Source: an archaeon (lineage in GTDB: Archaea; Asgardarchaeota; Thorarchaeia; Thorarchaeales; Thorarchaeaceae). Taken from it: a DNA stretch of 32,000 bases. The notes under the pieces were generated by a model. The model did not search any database. It worked only from the letters and a program-made list of their open reading frames with translations, and was not told the DNA's origin. Every line of letters starts with the position of its first letter. The stretch's first letter is position 1. The DNA is taken from positions 28,920 to 60,919 of the forward strand of contig JAJRZD010000053.1 of the NCBI GenBank assembly GCA_024275415.1, written 5' to 3'. The translations under genes and the position numbers were made by a program. Below are positions 8,229 through 17,903 of this stretch, one piece after another.

Positions 8229-9461
8229 CTAGACATTCACCGTTAACTCCCCAGATTGTTGTTGGCCAGTTTCGTGAGCTTCAGGCATGAGATAGGTGCC
8301 GATGCATGCTATTGCAATGAGGATTGCAACTAGGACTGACAGACCGAGAATACCGTACGAGTTGTACATGAAATAACCAATTGAGGGACCGATGACCATT
8401 CCTGACCCGAAGAAGATGCTGTAGACGCCCATCGTGCTTCCTCTTGCTTCCTTATCCGATATGTCTGTAATATACGCCAAAGCTGCGGGAGGAAAGGCAC
8501 CAGCTGTGAATCCCAGAATTGGTATCACTGGCCAGATCGTCCAGAGATCCGTTAAGTGGTCTGCATATTCGAACAGGATGAATGCCAACAACCCAAAGGC
8601 GACGAGTCCTGTCACAATGAATGGTCTTCTCTTCAAATAATGGTCAGAAAGGTGTCCCATGATGATGATACCAAGGATTAGGGCTCCTCCCAACATGCCA
8701 AACAATACAAGAAGGTCAATCTCCGTGAGTGAGAAATGCTCCTCAAGTAGGCGTTCAGCATTGGCAATCACCAATCCATAAAGTGAGATGATTGGGACGT
8801 AGACTGGTAACAGTTTCTGGATTCGCTTATCCTTTGCCACCTTGCGTAGTAATGCAATGACACTGACCTTTTCGTCTTCCACTAAATGTCGGGTTTCCTT
8901 GATTCCCACAAGTGCCATGAATCCGCTGATGACACAGGCGACTGCTGCGGCGTAAAGTATCGGGACAGCTTCGAACCCAAATTGAAGCAATAGGATTCCA
9001 AGGCCATAGCCACCAGCCAGTCCCATTAAGGTCGCTAGATCATAATAACCCATCAACCGTGCTCGATTGTGTTCATCCGAGCAGTCTGCAATTATTGAAA
9101 GGGTCGTTGTGACCTTTGCTGCTATAGCAATTCCAAAGATCAATCCAAATAGAATAATAAGAACTGCAATAGAATTGATTGCAAACAAGAAGGCAGTGAT
9201 GCCTGTTACAAACAAGCTTGCTACCTGTATCGGTTTTCTTCCAATTTTATCGCTGTATGAACCAAAGAGAGAAACCGTTGAAAGCTCGGCTATGGGATAT
9301 ATCACAAGAACCGCAGTAGCTTCCCATCCTTCGACTGCCCCAGCCATATAAGACGAGCTCTGGATTACTGCTATTGTGATATAGAATGAAGCTCTCATGA
9401 TGAAAGTCACAAAGTACAGAATCAGTAAAGTTCCTTTATGTTCAGAGGCACGTAATCCCAT
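8229..9461 (-). CDS. MFS transporter
   Basis: About 12 TM; motif A FGSYSDKIGRKP, repeated as MGHLSDHYLKRRP; DEHNRARLMG and DKEARGSTMG. Start moved from 9497 to ATG 9461 (GGAG RBS, TATA spacing). Confidence 0.92.
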   Translation of the reverse strand: MGLRASEHKGTLLILYFVTFIMRASFYITIAVIQSSSYMAGAVEGWEATAVLVIYPIAELSTVSLFGSYSDKIGRKPIQVASLFVTGITAFLFAINSIAVLIILFGLIFGIAIAAKVTTTLSIIADCSDEHNRARLMGYYDLATLMGLAGGYGLGILLLQFGFEAVPILYAAAVACVISGFMALVGIKETRHLVEDEKVSVIALLRKVAKDKRIQKLLPVYVPIISLYGLVIANAERLLEEHFSLTEIDLLVLFGMLGGALILGIIIMGHLSDHYLKRRPFIVTGLVAFGLLAFILFEYADHLTDLWTIWPVIPILGFTAGAFPPAALAYITDISDKEARGSTMGVYSIFFGSGMVIGPSIGYFMYNSYGILGLSVLVAILIAIACIGTYLMPEAHETGQQQSGELTVNV

Positions 9462-9502
9462 TGGATTCTTACTCCTGTTTTCCCTGTGAGCAAACATGAC
9501 GG

Positions 9503-9510
9503 TTTATAAA
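9503..9510. promoter_or_regulatory. Palindromic TATA box shared by divergent genes
   Basis: TTTATAAA is self-complementary and sits between the MFS gene (-) and the 118-aa gene (+) at plausible spacing for both. Confidence 0.5.
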
Positions 9511-9531
9511 GTGCCCTGTAGATGAAAAAAT

Positions 9532-9888
9532 ATGGCACCCAATCCTGTGTTCGGGGGTAGTCTGGAGTTCGTCTATCTGGTGATGTATCGACTGAAGGCC
9601 ATGACCCGCGAGGAGAAAAAAGATTGGATTACTAAGTGGGCCGTTGTACGATCCAAGCTGCCAAAGGGTGTAAAGATAATTACAGAGGCAGGCAGTGCGT
9701 TCGGAACTGACTTCACTGGGTTTACTGTCTTTGAAGGCCCTTTTGAAAGGTTTGAGGAGCTGGTCACTCTTCTCGAACTACAGTCTGAAGGGTACATCGA
9801 CAAGACAAAGACCATCATCGGCACGAAGGGGCTGTTCGATGCTTCTTCGGACCTGATGAAGATACTATCCGAGCGTCCTATAGACTAG
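9532..9888 (+). CDS. Hypothetical protein, possible ferredoxin-like / dimeric alpha-beta barrel fold
   Basis: 118 aa; beta-alpha-beta-beta-alpha-beta-like pattern (YLVMYRL, helix, VKII, FTGFTVFEG, helix, TKTIIG); fold call is an impression only. Confidence 0.65.
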   Translation: MAPNPVFGGSLEFVYLVMYRLKAMTREEKKDWITKWAVVRSKLPKGVKIITEAGSAFGTDFTGFTVFEGPFERFEELVTLLELQSEGYIDKTKTIIGTKGLFDASSDLMKILSERPID

Positions 9889-9963
9889 ACGACTCTTTGC
9901 CGCAGTGACCCCCTTTTTAATGGAATGGACACGCCCCCTTCATACCTAGAAGGGTGACCTTAC

Positions 9964-11697
9964 GTGGAGTCGGATAGAATCCCAAAAAAGACTATCATCG
10001 TTCTCATCATCGCAGTTATTGCAGGGTTTGTTTCCTACAATATGGCTCCTTCAGACATCCAGCCTGGCACCTACTCTGTTGTGCTATCAATCCAATCCGA
10101 TTCTATGTCGATTGAGGAAACATTCAACATTACCTTTGTCGAGCAAGGTGACCAACTGAAATCAGTCCTTATGATAGAGGTTCCTGTCAGTAATCTGACC
10201 ATCAGCTATACCTCTCAAGTTCCCATCCAAACAGGCAGCAAGTTCGTGATAGTGATATCCTTTGAGGGCGAGCCCATCTATTCGAAGGACGTATCTGTCC
10301 GCCTCTACAATGATGCAGGATTCGACCAACCACTCCACCCCACAAGGCAGACAGGTTCCTCCTTGTCTATCGAATACCAGCCCCTTGTCCATTCTCGGGC
10401 TGCTGTCACAATCTTGGTAGTAGTAGCGATCCTCTGGTTTTCAGAGGGAATCAGTTTGGTCGCTACTTCTATCCTGATACCTGTCATGATTGTAGTAACC
10501 GATATCGCTTCAACGCGGACTGCATTTGCACCGTTCTTCGACCCTGCGGTAGCACTCATTTTCGGAGGATTCCTGATAGGCAGAGCCTTGAGCAAGTATG
10601 AGCTGGACAAAAGACTTGCACTCATGATCCTATCCAGAAGTTCTGGCTCAGGTCCAAGACTACTCCTTACCGTGATGTCAGTGACTGCATTCCTCTCAAT
10701 GTGGATAAGCAATACGGCATCAGCTGCAATCATGATCCCGATAGCTCTTGCTGTCATCTCTAGGATTAGGAATTTAGAAACACGAAGCAAATACGGGAAG
10801 ACCCTTGTTCTAGGAACCGCATACTCCGCCACGATAGGAGGCGTAGCGAGCCTTGTTGGATCACCCCCGAATCCATTAGCTGCTACCTATCTCAAGACAT
10901 TCCTAGGAGTTGACATCACCTTTGTATCTTGGCTCCCTTACGGACTGCCCGTTGTTCTGATTATGCTACCTCTTATTTGGATGTGGCTCATGTTCAGGTT
11001 CAAGCTCCCGAAAAGTGTGGAAGAGATGACCGAGCTGAGGTCAATCTCGGAGCAAGAGTATCTCAAGCTGGGTCCGATGAATCTCCAACAACGATTGGTT
11101 GTACTGATTTTCGTTTCAGTGATAGCATTGTGGCTTACAGAATCACTCCATGGTATATCCAGTTCGATCGTGGCAGTCATGGGCGGGTTGGCCCTGTTAA
11201 TACTTCGTCTTCTGGACGAGAAAGATGTATCGTCTCATATCAACTGGTCCGCGCTTCTCATCTTGGGGAGTGGTATTGCTTTGGGGAATGCCATGATAAC
11301 CACCGGATTATCGGCATATCTTGCCTTTCAAATGACTGCACTTGGAGCGCTACCCAGCTTTCTGGTGATTGTTATTATCGGGATTATTGCTGTTGGTCTG
11401 ACCATGGTCGCATCCAATACCGGAGCTGCTGTAATCCTCATCCCTATTGCGATACCCCTTGCAATCGACTTAGGGATAGACCCGCTTCTTCTAACTATGG
11501 TGATTGCTATTGGTGTATCAATGGACTTTGCTTTGCCAACGGGCACCCCGCCTTCAACCATCGCGTATAGCACTGGCGAAGTCGAGATGGATGAGATGAT
11601 CACCACAGGGCTGGTCATCGACCTGTTCGCAATTCTCGTGTTGACACTCGTAGTGGTCTGGCTATGGTCTCTCTTTGGTCTGGTAGTTCTCTATTGA
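9964..11697 (+). CDS. DASS/SLC13 family sodium:dicarboxylate or sulfate symporter with an extra soluble insertion
   Basis: LWFSEGI, FLSMWISNTASAAIMIPI, VGSPPN, VASNTGAA, FALPTGTPPSTIA motifs; GTG start. Confidence 0.9.
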   Translation: MESDRIPKKTIIVLIIAVIAGFVSYNMAPSDIQPGTYSVVLSIQSDSMSIEETFNITFVEQGDQLKSVLMIEVPVSNLTISYTSQVPIQTGSKFVIVISFEGEPIYSKDVSVRLYNDAGFDQPLHPTRQTGSSLSIEYQPLVHSRAAVTILVVVAILWFSEGISLVATSILIPVMIVVTDIASTRTAFAPFFDPAVALIFGGFLIGRALSKYELDKRLALMILSRSSGSGPRLLLTVMSVTAFLSMWISNTASAAIMIPIALAVISRIRNLETRSKYGKTLVLGTAYSATIGGVASLVGSPPNPLAATYLKTFLGVDITFVSWLPYGLPVVLIMLPLIWMWLMFRFKLPKSVEEMTELRSISEQEYLKLGPMNLQQRLVVLIFVSVIALWLTESLHGISSSIVAVMGGLALLILRLLDEKDVSSHINWSALLILGSGIALGNAMITTGLSAYLAFQMTALGALPSFLVIVIIGIIAVGLTMVASNTGAAVILIPIAIPLAIDLGIDPLLLTMVIAIGVSMDFALPTGTPPSTIAYSTGEVEMDEMITTGLVIDLFAILVLTLVVVWLWSLFGLVVLY

Positions 11698-11752
11698 AAT
11701 CCACGACATCTTTAAATCAATGAACTGTAGGTGCGGTATCGAGTTGAGGAAA

Positions 11753-12514
11753 ATGAATTGGTGTGCAAAAATAATCAATGGAGCATCTGACGAGTTCGTT
11801 CATGCAAAGCTCCTGAAATACGGGATTGGCGAGCATCCAGGTCCTCGTGTTGTCCTGAAGTTCAGTAAGGCTAGGGTGACATTCAAAGCGGATCTTGACA
11901 TGGAGAAACCCCTTATCCGTGCGTATCTGGAAGGTGCTTCTGACGGTGTCCACAAGATTAAGGGAACTATTGTTTCTTACGAGGATCGAGAAGCTGAAAC
12001 ATCGACTTTCGTAATGCCTATCACATGGAAAGCTTCCAAGGGCAAGGGCGCTACCACGTATAAAGCAAAACTCAATGAGGTCGCTCCCCTTAGTGACATC
12101 AAAGAACTCATGAAGCTTGACAGTCCGACGACATTTTTCCTCCTCTCAATAAGTCCCAACACTACAGGCACACCTTGGAAGATTACAACGAAGACATCAT
12201 TTCCAAAAGGTGGTCCTAGTGGGGAAGAAGATGAAAAGGATCCGACCTTTTGTAAGGGGGCTTTTGCAAACATCCCCGAGATTCTTGGTTTCCTGTCCAC
12301 GGAACTTTATCCTGATATAGCAGATAAGGTAACGCCCAAGACAAAGAATATCTACATACGCCAGACCATTTTCATTGATGATATCCAGATTCCAGATGAC
12401 GATTCGCTGTCATTTAAAGAAAAGAGGAAGCTCGCCAAGAAGAAGGGCATACTGTTGAGAAGGATTTCCGTCGATGGTGTAGACTATGAGAACGAGTATT
12501 CGTTTCTTGCGTAG
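11753..12514 (+). CDS. Conserved archaeal hypothetical protein
   Basis: Long clean ORF; N-terminal HAKLLKYGIG and basic C-terminal KKKGILLRRI. Start moved from 11720 to 11753 (TTTAAAT 11711-11717, GAGGA RBS). Confidence 0.72.
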   Translation: MNWCAKIINGASDEFVHAKLLKYGIGEHPGPRVVLKFSKARVTFKADLDMEKPLIRAYLEGASDGVHKIKGTIVSYEDREAETSTFVMPITWKASKGKGATTYKAKLNEVAPLSDIKELMKLDSPTTFFLLSISPNTTGTPWKITTKTSFPKGGPSGEEDEKDPTFCKGAFANIPEILGFLSTELYPDIADKVTPKTKNIYIRQTIFIDDIQIPDDDSLSFKEKRKLAKKKGILLRRISVDGVDYENEYSFLA

Positions 12515-12591
12515 CTTTCCCATTAGTATGAATCTTGTACAACCGAGATGTTTAAATGAACTAACGAGTGCGCGACATAGAGGTTGAAAAC

Positions 12592-12813
12592 ATGCTCCAG
12601 TTCGAGTTCGCTCTTGACATAACCATTGAGATGCTGTTCCCCTTCTTTGCTCTCTTCTTCCTAGCATTCGGTCTTTTTGCCATAGGATGGTTAGTAGTTC
12701 ATGTGGAGCATGCCCGCCACTTTTCAAGGTTCAAAGTGGCATCTGCGATTATTCTGGGCTCATTATTCATCGGTTTTGGGATACATTTCATTCTCTTGAC
12801 CTTTGGTATATGA
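12592..12813 (+). CDS. Small 2-TM membrane protein with HVEHARH motif
   Basis: Two hydrophobic helices; TTTAAAT 12551-12557 and GAGGTTGA RBS support ATG 12592 rather than 12568. Confidence 0.7.
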   Translation: MLQFEFALDITIEMLFPFFALFFLAFGLFAIGWLVVHVEHARHFSRFKVASAIILGSLFIGFGIHFILLTFGI

Positions 12814-14098
12814 ATCCGCTGAGATACATCCGCACATTATTGATATTCTCTACTCCAAAGTATCGTACATCCATAATTACACCGATACCAGATACTTTGT
12901 GATAGAGAGGAACATAACTGTGTTACTAGATCCCGATCTTGAGAAAATAGCTGTACAGAGCAGGCAGCGCCTTATCCAAGAGTTCGCAGAGAAACATGCG
13001 ACACTGGGAGAGCGTGCCCGTCGCATTCCCGTTGAGGCAGCAAGGAAGATTGCGGAGAAATACAGTTGTCCCCTCCAGATTGCGACCGTGGCATACATTC
13101 TAGATATGGATGGTATAACGAGCATACGAACAGCAGTCAAGCTTTTGTCGCACGAGCTGTTCCGCAGGGAGTCCATCGGAGAAGGCGTACCAAACTTGCC
13201 TGGGAATGTTCAGGAGTTTGCTGTGGAGGAAGGTCGTTGGATATACTACATATACGGAAGGTTCTCACGGGAGTTCGAGGTGAAGATTCGAGAACTGGCG
13301 AACCTTGAGAGCGTCGTTGATGAGGACCACCCTCCTGTTGAGAAAGCAATCTCGCTGATGAATGCACGGATTAAGGTAGCTGAAGCATTTCTACTCCCTG
13401 TTGTCCAGACATGGTTCAAGGATCACACAAGAGGGACAAGTGAGGAGCTGCTCCTGTTCTTGGGTCCTGCAATCACTGACTGGAATGAGACGACCTTGCG
13501 GGCCAAGCTTAACCGTATGAAGAGAAGGGCACAGGCGCTGTTCAGGAGGCTTGACGCAATCATCAGTTCTGCTTCCGATTCCCTGACCATGGATGAGTAT
13601 TCTAAAAGAATCAACAATCTCATCGATGAACTTGATAAGAACATCAACGATCTCAGTCACAAAGCAGTGGCTCACCTTATTCTCCACATTGCTCCACGTC
13701 CTACTGGAGCTAGGGGTGATCGCTCACGATACGTGCAGATTGGCACTGGATCCACGAGAGGCAACAAGGCAGAACCCGACATGGTTTCCCCCTTTGACTT
13801 TCTCGAACGAGATATTCGCCTTGCCAAACGTCGTTCAGGTGAGGAACGTGAGCAGTACTTGAAAGAACGTATCGCTCGCGTCATCAAGGTTCTCAAGTAT
13901 TCAGGAAACGATTCGGTTTCAGGAGCTATCCAGTGTTTACAAGAGATAACAGAACGCTTCAAGATTCAGGGCATTGACATGCCACGAAGTATCGAGAGTC
14001 TAAAAGGAGCCTTTGCAAATGTCCGCCCTGAAGAATCCGACACCACCGCTACTGAACAAGTCTACTCATTTGTCGAGGAATACATACTTTCGGCGTGA
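12803..14098 (+). CDS. Hypothetical, largely alpha-helical protein
   Basis: 431-aa ORF with no recognised motif; true start may be GTG 12920 (GAGAGG upstream). Confidence 0.75.
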   Translation: MVYESAEIHPHIIDILYSKVSYIHNYTDTRYFVIERNITVLLDPDLEKIAVQSRQRLIQEFAEKHATLGERARRIPVEAARKIAEKYSCPLQIATVAYILDMDGITSIRTAVKLLSHELFRRESIGEGVPNLPGNVQEFAVEEGRWIYYIYGRFSREFEVKIRELANLESVVDEDHPPVEKAISLMNARIKVAEAFLLPVVQTWFKDHTRGTSEELLLFLGPAITDWNETTLRAKLNRMKRRAQALFRRLDAIISSASDSLTMDEYSKRINNLIDELDKNINDLSHKAVAHLILHIAPRPTGARGDRSRYVQIGTGSTRGNKAEPDMVSPFDFLERDIRLAKRRSGEEREQYLKERIARVIKVLKYSGNDSVSGAIQCLQEITERFKIQGIDMPRSIESLKGAFANVRPEESDTTATEQVYSFVEEYILSA

Positions 14099-14877
14099 TG
14101 CAACCCATGATGAACCCAACTCCACTCTTTTGGCTCTTGGATATAGAAGCATACGACTATGATATCGGCGTACTCAAGAATGCGGACATGACTGGGAAAG
14201 CTCTTATCGCATCAAATCAACTGTGGTCCATTCTACGTGGTGATAAGGTATATTCGACGCTTATCGGTCCTGGCTACTTCAAGGGAGTTGCCGAGAGCGG
14301 CAATAGAAGAGTAGAGATCAACGAGTACTTGTCTGTACTCATGTTCGATCCGACTGCCCTTCGATACGATGAGCCCGTTCCGCTTGTTGATATCATCAAC
14401 CCCGAAGTGATAGACCCTCTAGGCACTTCAAAGGTAGAAGAGATCATGACTATCATCCGCGACATTGTCGTGGAAAAAGGCAATGTCCTTGCCGGTGACC
14501 AGATTGCACGTGTCAAAGGAAAGGCTGACATCCCTCGTTTGGTGCATTATACCGACTTGATGAAACGCATCAAGGTATCACATGTTTCAGGAGTACAACG
14601 TGCACGATTTCTCTTAGGTGGTACGAACCGTCCTCTATACGCCCCACTCATCGATTGGTTCAACAAACGTCGATACAACAATTTCCTGCGACCGAAGATC
14701 ATGGCACTGCCCTTTGGCAAGTTCGCCAGTTCATCTGATATCGAGGTACTGTCTGATTGGATGCTGGTCGAGAAGGCTGGGATGGGCGGCAGTGGGATTG
14801 ATGGCTTTCGCGAGGAATACGAGGTCGTCATGTCTCTCATTCACAAGAACTCGGACTCTTTCATATTCGATGTTTGA
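14095..14877 (+). CDS. Hypothetical protein
   Basis: 260-aa ORF; start overlaps the upstream stop (GTGATG), suggesting translational coupling; no recognised motif. Confidence 0.72.
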   Translation: MMQPMMNPTPLFWLLDIEAYDYDIGVLKNADMTGKALIASNQLWSILRGDKVYSTLIGPGYFKGVAESGNRRVEINEYLSVLMFDPTALRYDEPVPLVDIINPEVIDPLGTSKVEEIMTIIRDIVVEKGNVLAGDQIARVKGKADIPRLVHYTDLMKRIKVSHVSGVQRARFLLGGTNRPLYAPLIDWFNKRRYNNFLRPKIMALPFGKFASSSDIEVLSDWMLVEKAGMGGSGIDGFREEYEVVMSLIHKNSDSFIFDV

Positions 14878-14933
14878 CCTGACCGCAAAGGTCTTTGGAT
14901 GCAATCTCTCGTTGTCGAGAGTGAGGTCAAATA

Positions 14934-17570
14934 GTGGAAATCGCAGATGCTGATGTTCAGAAGATTCTGACCAAACCGTATTCACTCGTATTGCGGGCTG
15001 GCAGGCAAGAGATGACCGCAAGGACTGAGGTCATGCAGGATGTGTTGCTTGACCGTCAGCGAGCAAAGCTATCGGGCATGATCGAGTTTGGAAGACGTTC
15101 GAACGGATTGCTCGAAATAAGGCGTTCGTGGTTCATAAAGTACAACAAACCAATATACTATCAGCCGAAAGAGTTCCATGAGATTCTTCGTAAGGCGAAG
15201 TTCATCATCATACCACGTAACCAGAAGCCCTCTTTCCACAAGGATATGATTGACATGTTGGCGAGGCTACAGGTTGCGAAACCCAAGACTGTCCCAGTAT
15301 GTGACCATTGCATCCGTGATAACCGATTGACTGTACTCACAAGAAAGAATGCAGTGAAGGTTTCAGAAACCCAAGTTCTTTGTGCTAGCTGTGCGAAGGC
15401 TGACCTGCGCACGGATCTGAAGAGCTTGGGCGTCAAGGTATCGAAAGGGATGCTGCATCATCTAGAAAACCAATTGATGAAGGTGAAGTCCGTTCCACAT
15501 CTGCTCGAGCTTGTCATGCCAGGGTTCGACCCGACAAGGAACCCTGACCTCACGTTGGTCGATACCCTATCAACTGGCATTGCTATGAAAGGTGTTAAGA
15601 TTGAAACGCTGGATATTCCAGAGAAGTTCAAGGCACTATTGCTTGAAGAAGGGCTTGAGAACCTATTGCCTGTGCAGGAGCTCGTAATAAAGGCCGGTCT
15701 GTTGAAGGGAGCGAGCCTGCTGGTTGTGTCGTCGACATCCTCTGGGAAAACGTTGATTGGAGAGATGGCAGGCGTTCCACGCGCTCTGGAGGGGCGGAAG
15801 ATGGTCTATCTTTCTCCGCTTGTCGCCTTGACGAATGAGAAGTACGAGCTCTTCCGCAAGCGGTACAGCAAGCTGGGGCTGCGGACAGGCATCAAGGTGG
15901 GGATGTCCCGTCTTGATGTGGGTGATGACGCAAAGCCAATAGTTGATACTGACATAGAGAAATCCGACATCATCTGTGCGACCTACGAGGCGCTGGATCT
16001 CATCTTCAGATCCGGCGAAACAAAGAAGCTTGGTGATGTAGGGGTCATAGTCGTGGACGAGATCCAGAACCTTGCTGATGAAGAACGAGGCCCTGAGCTG
16101 GATGGACTGCTTGCTAGGATGCGGTTCCACTATCCCTCGGCACAAGTCTTGGCACTTTCTGCGACAGTGGGTTCTCCAGAGAAGCTTGCAAAGGAACTCG
16201 GATTGGATCTGGTCAACTATACGGGCAGGCCTATTCCCCTAGAGCGCCATCTTGTGTTTGCTAGGAGTGATGAGGAGAAGCGACGGATTATCCGGCGTCT
16301 GGTAAAGGATGAATTCCACAAAAAGAGCAGTACAGGGCACAAGGGGCAGTCGATTATTTTCACGTTCTCACGACGGAGGGCACACGCTATCTCTGACTGG
16401 CTGAACGAACAGCATGTGTACAGCGCAGTCTATCACGGTGGCCTTTCTTATAGCAACAGACGACGGGTCGAACGGGCATATACGAAGCAGCGCTATGCAT
16501 GTGTAGTGACAACAGCAGCTCTTGGTGCGGGTGTCGATCTCCCTGCTTCTCAGGTCATTTTCGAGTCACTGGCCATGGGCGCAGACTGGATATCTACTGC
16601 TGAGTTCGAGCAGATGCTCGGGCGGGCGGGACGACTGGGGAAGCATGATAGGGGCCGTGCATTTTTGCTTGTACAACCAGAACGCAAGTATCATGGCGGT
16701 CAGGAGAAGACCGAAGACGAGGTCGCTTCGGATTTGCTTGCTGGAGTGGTTGAGGATGTGGAACCATTTGCTGATCTAGAACGTAGCGCGGAACAGGCTT
16801 TGGCAATGATATGCTCGACTAATCTGGTCGAGCTCAAGGCAGTGGCAAGAGCATACAACAGGATGCTTTCTATCTCAGTTCCGCCGTCCGACGCGCTGAA
16901 GCATCTGGTCAAGAAGCATATGATCAGGGTCAGGGAAGGCGGTGCTCATGTGACACCACTAGGGCGAGCCACTTCCGTTTCGTTTCTGACGCCGACAGAG
17001 GGACTGCGAGTGGTGAAGATGGCTGCGAATATAGATGTGCTAGATATCGCAATCACGTTGGAACCCTTTGAGAATGTATACCTATCGAACAAGCTACAGG
17101 GGGAGATTAATACCGCATTCAAGACACACATGCCTACTCGCCTTTTCTCGGGTGTCTTCACCGACCTCACTACCATCCGCAATCCACGAAGTGGTGCCGC
17201 ACGGTTGCCAAAATGGGTCTTTGAAGTGTTCTCTCTCTGGACTCGGGATTTCTTCAGCTGTGGGTGCAATCTGTTTCCAGAATGTGACCATGGGAAAATT
17301 GCCATGGGCCGATGGATAGTCATCCAACGCAAGAAAGGCTTGAACCCGTCGGGGATTGCACAGAAACTCCATCGTGATTATGAACTATGGGCATATCCTG
17401 GTGACATCTATTCATGGCTGGACGCGCTTATCCACAATCTCAAGGCAGTCCAACGTATCGCGATGGTGGAGGGCAAGACGGACTTGAATGAAACAATTGA
17501 GGATCAAATAACGAGGATTGAGAAACCTCTACAACGCACAGACAAGGACGATTCCGAGAAGAGCGGATGA
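14934..17570 (+). CDS. Archaea-specific SF2 DEAD/DEAH helicase (COG1202 / DUF5814-containing type)
   Basis: Q motif LLPVQ, I SSTSSGKT, Ia SPLVAL, II DEIQ, III SAT, V TTAALGAGVDLP, VI QMLGRAGR; N-terminal CDHC..CASC and C-terminal CGC..ECDH; GAGGT RBS before GTG. Confidence 0.9.
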   Translation: MEIADADVQKILTKPYSLVLRAGRQEMTARTEVMQDVLLDRQRAKLSGMIEFGRRSNGLLEIRRSWFIKYNKPIYYQPKEFHEILRKAKFIIIPRNQKPSFHKDMIDMLARLQVAKPKTVPVCDHCIRDNRLTVLTRKNAVKVSETQVLCASCAKADLRTDLKSLGVKVSKGMLHHLENQLMKVKSVPHLLELVMPGFDPTRNPDLTLVDTLSTGIAMKGVKIETLDIPEKFKALLLEEGLENLLPVQELVIKAGLLKGASLLVVSSTSSGKTLIGEMAGVPRALEGRKMVYLSPLVALTNEKYELFRKRYSKLGLRTGIKVGMSRLDVGDDAKPIVDTDIEKSDIICATYEALDLIFRSGETKKLGDVGVIVVDEIQNLADEERGPELDGLLARMRFHYPSAQVLALSATVGSPEKLAKELGLDLVNYTGRPIPLERHLVFARSDEEKRRIIRRLVKDEFHKKSSTGHKGQSIIFTFSRRRAHAISDWLNEQHVYSAVYHGGLSYSNRRRVERAYTKQRYACVVTTAALGAGVDLPASQVIFESLAMGADWISTAEFEQMLGRAGRLGKHDRGRAFLLVQPERKYHGGQEKTEDEVASDLLAGVVEDVEPFADLERSAEQALAMICSTNLVELKAVARAYNRMLSISVPPSDALKHLVKKHMIRVREGGAHVTPLGRATSVSFLTPTEGLRVVKMAANIDVLDIAITLEPFENVYLSNKLQGEINTAFKTHMPTRLFSGVFTDLTTIRNPRSGAARLPKWVFEVFSLWTRDFFSCGCNLFPECDHGKIAMGRWIVIQRKKGLNPSGIAQKLHRDYELWAYPGDIYSWLDALIHNLKAVQRIAMVEGKTDLNETIEDQITRIEKPLQRTDKDDSEKSG

Positions 17571-17572
17571 GG

Positions 17573-17821
17573 TCACTCTCTGGCTATTTCGAAGACCACA
17601 CGGATGTTCCCGACTGCATCAGGATCCATCGAATCGATGTTGAGGTCGATCCATCGATGAAGGTCTCTCCTGATTTCTTCCTTTGTGGTCATCGTGGTTG
17701 GTAATGGGTTCCGATCCTCAGAAACCAGTTTGAAGTGGGTACTGCCACAATCGCATGAGCCCTGAAGCACTCTGTCAATGTCATCGAAGGTGATCCCACA
17801 ATTCCGGCATTTGAACTGCAT
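17573..17821 (-). CDS. Zn-ribbon protein, DUF2072 / OapC-like
   Basis: CRNCG..LQGSCDCGSTHF resembles the family pattern CxxCG..L.GCPxCG..KF; ATG 17821 preferred over GTG 17830. Confidence 0.6.
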   Translation of the reverse strand: MQFKCRNCGITFDDIDRVLQGSCDCGSTHFKLVSEDRNPLPTTMTTKEEIRRDLHRWIDLNIDSMDPDAVGNIRVVFEIARE

Positions 17822-17903
17822 AGCTATCACACCCTATCGACCCGAGGAGTGCTATGAGAGTTGGTACTCTTGTAGTAATACCAACTTGAGGATGGATTTC
17901 GGC

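Noticed and set aside
10162-11618. Minus-strand ORFs up to 213 aa opposite the DASS gene
   Set aside because: Fully antisense to a well-supported CDS and carry no motifs
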